Below are positions 24,668 through 26,013 of a DNA stretch of 26,013 nt, piece by piece; the first letter of the stretch is position 1; each line of letters starts with the position of its first letter. Source of the stretch: Candidatus Velthaea sp. (GTDB lineage Bacteria; Vulcanimicrobiota; Vulcanimicrobiia; Vulcanimicrobiales; Vulcanimicrobiaceae). Made by a program: the position numbers and the translations under genes. The DNA lies in the NCBI GenBank assembly GCA_050012475.1, contig JBEKHC010000076.1, positions 1 through 26,013 on the forward strand. The letters run 5' to 3'. The notes beneath the pieces are model-generated. The model was not told the DNA's origin. It did not search any database and worked only from the letters and a program-made list of their open reading frames with translations.

Positions 24668-24766
24668 GATTCCGTTCGCGCCCGGAACCGTTGGGCGGCG
24701 CAGCCTCATCGGCACGCCCTGTTGCCTACCCGATTGGAGAGCCAAGCCCTTCTGGACAGGAAGGCA
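24668..24766 (-). promoter_or_regulatory. Conserved three-hairpin upstream element, copy 2
   Basis: Hairpins are CCTTC/GAAGG, GCGTGCC-GATGA-GGC(T)GCGC and GGTTCCG-GGCGCGAA-CGGAATC, the last ending 14 nt before the ATG. It aligns with 1445..1545. Confidence 0.55.
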
Positions 24767-24851
24767 ACCGTGATCCGTCGGCCCTGCCCGCAGGAGCCGC
24801 GCGAAGAGCGCGTCGCGCACGATGGCGGACGGTTCCGTCGCAGGCCCGTGA

Positions 24852-24880
24852 TTGACATATGTGCCTAAGGCACGTATATA
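24852..24880 (+). promoter_or_regulatory. Sigma70-like promoter with a palindromic operator in the spacer
   Basis: TTGACA-N17-TATATA (imperfect -10). The spacer contains GTGCCT-A-AGGCAC, and the site lies just upstream of the MarR-GNAT gene. Confidence 0.6.
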
Positions 24881-24898
24881 TGTGCTCAGAGCAATTAT

Positions 24899-25834
24899 TT
24901 GACGGAAGCCGCTTTGGAACGACCAGCAACCCTTGAGCGTGCCGAGGCGGTGCGCGCGTTCAATCGCTTTTATACGCGCAAGATCGGCGCGCTGCACGAA
25001 CACTTGTTGCGCAGCGAGTTCTCGCTCACCGAGGCGCGCGTGCTGTACGAGCTCGCACATCGCCCAGCCCCGACGACCGCTGAACTCGGCCGCGATCTCG
25101 AGCTCAACGCAGGGTATCTCAGCCGCATCACTGCAGGCTTCGAGAGCCGCGGCTTGGTTTCCAAGACGCGGTGCGCGAACGACGGCCGCGCCGTGGCGCT
25201 GGGTCTTACCAAGAAAGGCCGCCGAGTATTCGAGTTGCTGAACGCGGCCTCGCGCGACGAGGTGGCCGCGCTGCTCGATTCGCTGTCGGTTGTCGAGCAG
25301 CAGCAGCTCGTCGATGCGATGGCTCAGATCGTGGCGCTGCTCTCTGCGCCCTCTCCGGCCTACCTTTTGCGCGAACCGCACAGCGGCGACCTGGGTTGGA
25401 TCGTTCATCGCAACGGCGTCCTGTACGCGCTCGAATACGGCTGGGATTGGACGTTCGAGGCGCTCGTCGCCGAGATCGTCGCTGCATTCGTGCGCAGCTT
25501 CGATCGTTCGCGCGAGCGTTGCTGGATCGCCGAGAAAGACGGCAACGTGGCCGGTTCCGTCTTTCTCGTTCGGCACGACGACGACGCGGCGAAACTGCGC
25601 GTGCTCTACGTCGAGCCCAGCGCGCGCGGTTTAGGCATCGGCGGGCGCCTCGTCGACGAATGCATCCGCTTCGCTAAATTCGCCGGCTATCGCAAACTGC
25701 TGCTCTGGACCAACAGCGTGTTGGTCGACGCCCGCCGGTTATACGAGAAGTCCGGCTTTGTGCTCGTTGCCGAAGAACCGCATCACAGCTTCGGCAAGGA
25801 TCTCGTCGGACAAACCTGGGAACGGGCGCTCTAA
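24899..25834 (+). CDS. Bifunctional MarR-type HTH regulator/GNAT acetyltransferase
   Basis: VRAFNRFYTRKIG, SLTEARVLYEL and D.R....LT.KG, then GDLGWIVHR.G.LY..EYGW, ARGLGIG and LWTNSVL..AR.LYEK.GF. Confidence 0.93.
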   Translation: MTEAALERPATLERAEAVRAFNRFYTRKIGALHEHLLRSEFSLTEARVLYELAHRPAPTTAELGRDLELNAGYLSRITAGFESRGLVSKTRCANDGRAVALGLTKKGRRVFELLNAASRDEVAALLDSLSVVEQQQLVDAMAQIVALLSAPSPAYLLREPHSGDLGWIVHRNGVLYALEYGWDWTFEALVAEIVAAFVRSFDRSRERCWIAEKDGNVAGSVFLVRHDDDAAKLRVLYVEPSARGLGIGGRLVDECIRFAKFAGYRKLLLWTNSVLVDARRLYEKSGFVLVAEEPHHSFGKDLVGQTWERAL

Positions 25835-25870
25835 CGCGACCGCGCCGAAGCGACGGGCGGAAACGCGACG

Positions 25871-25889
25871 GGCTGCGCTTAGCGCAGCC
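25871..25889. terminator. Hairpin between convergent genes
   Basis: GGCTGCGC-TTA-GCGCAGCC (8-bp perfect stem) between the stop codons at 25834 (+) and 25897 (-). Confidence 0.55.
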
Positions 25890-25896
25890 TTCTAGG

Positions 25897-26013
25897 CTAG
25901 AGCAAGCCGAGTTTGCAAGCGCTGCGGTCACGGGGAACCGGATACGAGCCGGACGCGATCGTGTCGACGTAGTCCCATTGGTCCTTCATCGCGGACTTCG
26001 CCTTGCCCGCGAG
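25897..26013 (-). CDS. 3' fragment of a gene, probably a branched-chain amino-acid-type ABC substrate-binding protein
   Basis: ...LAGKAKSAMKDQWDYVDTIASGSYPVPRDRSACKLGLL-stop. The K...KD.WDY...S.CKL ending is typical of that family, but only 38 aa are visible. Confidence 0.5.
   Translation of the reverse strand, partial: LAGKAKSAMKDQWDYVDTIASGSYPVPRDRSACKLGLL

Noticed and set aside
1153..24766. The two paralogous modules as direct repeats bounding a 23-kb mobile element
   Set aside because: The copies are too diverged to be att sites or target duplications, the enclosed genes are mostly housekeeping-like, and no recombinase is present.

Overview
A GC-rich bacterial chromosomal window. The small lineage-specific proteins suggest Ca. 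Eremiobacterota/Vulcanimicrobiia, but this is an unverified inference. From left to right it contains: a 5'-truncated metallo-beta-lactamase-fold hydrolase; a small acidic protein; a secreted prolyl oligopeptidase; a small HNH-like nuclease; two adjacent UvrD helicase/PD-(D/E)XK nuclease genes (AdnAB/AddAB-like); three small minus-strand proteins, one missing from the ORF track; a structured non-coding stretch; a cupredoxin, metallophosphoesterase, ECF sigma and anti-sigma operon; an ExoX-like DEDDh exonuclease; a degenerate HNH/Zn-finger ORF behind an SOS-box-like site; a GNAT, glgP and a mutarotase-like gene; a divergent MFS/MarR pair; a paralog of the small acidic protein; a MarR-GNAT fusion; and the 3' end of a probable ABC substrate-binding protein. 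I saw no rRNA, tRNA, CRISPR array, integrase or transposase. The most interesting signals are: (1) two diverged small-protein paralogs 23 kb apart share a three-hairpin upstream element whose substitutions preserve base pairing; (2) both helicase-nuclease subunits keep motor, nuclease and 4-Cys Fe-S motifs and are separated only by an in-frame TAG; (3) a multi-hairpin candidate RNA with alternative pairings ends in a terminator; (4) a repeated ECF promoter motif suggests a local regulon. All family assignments come from motif recognition by eye, with no database searches.
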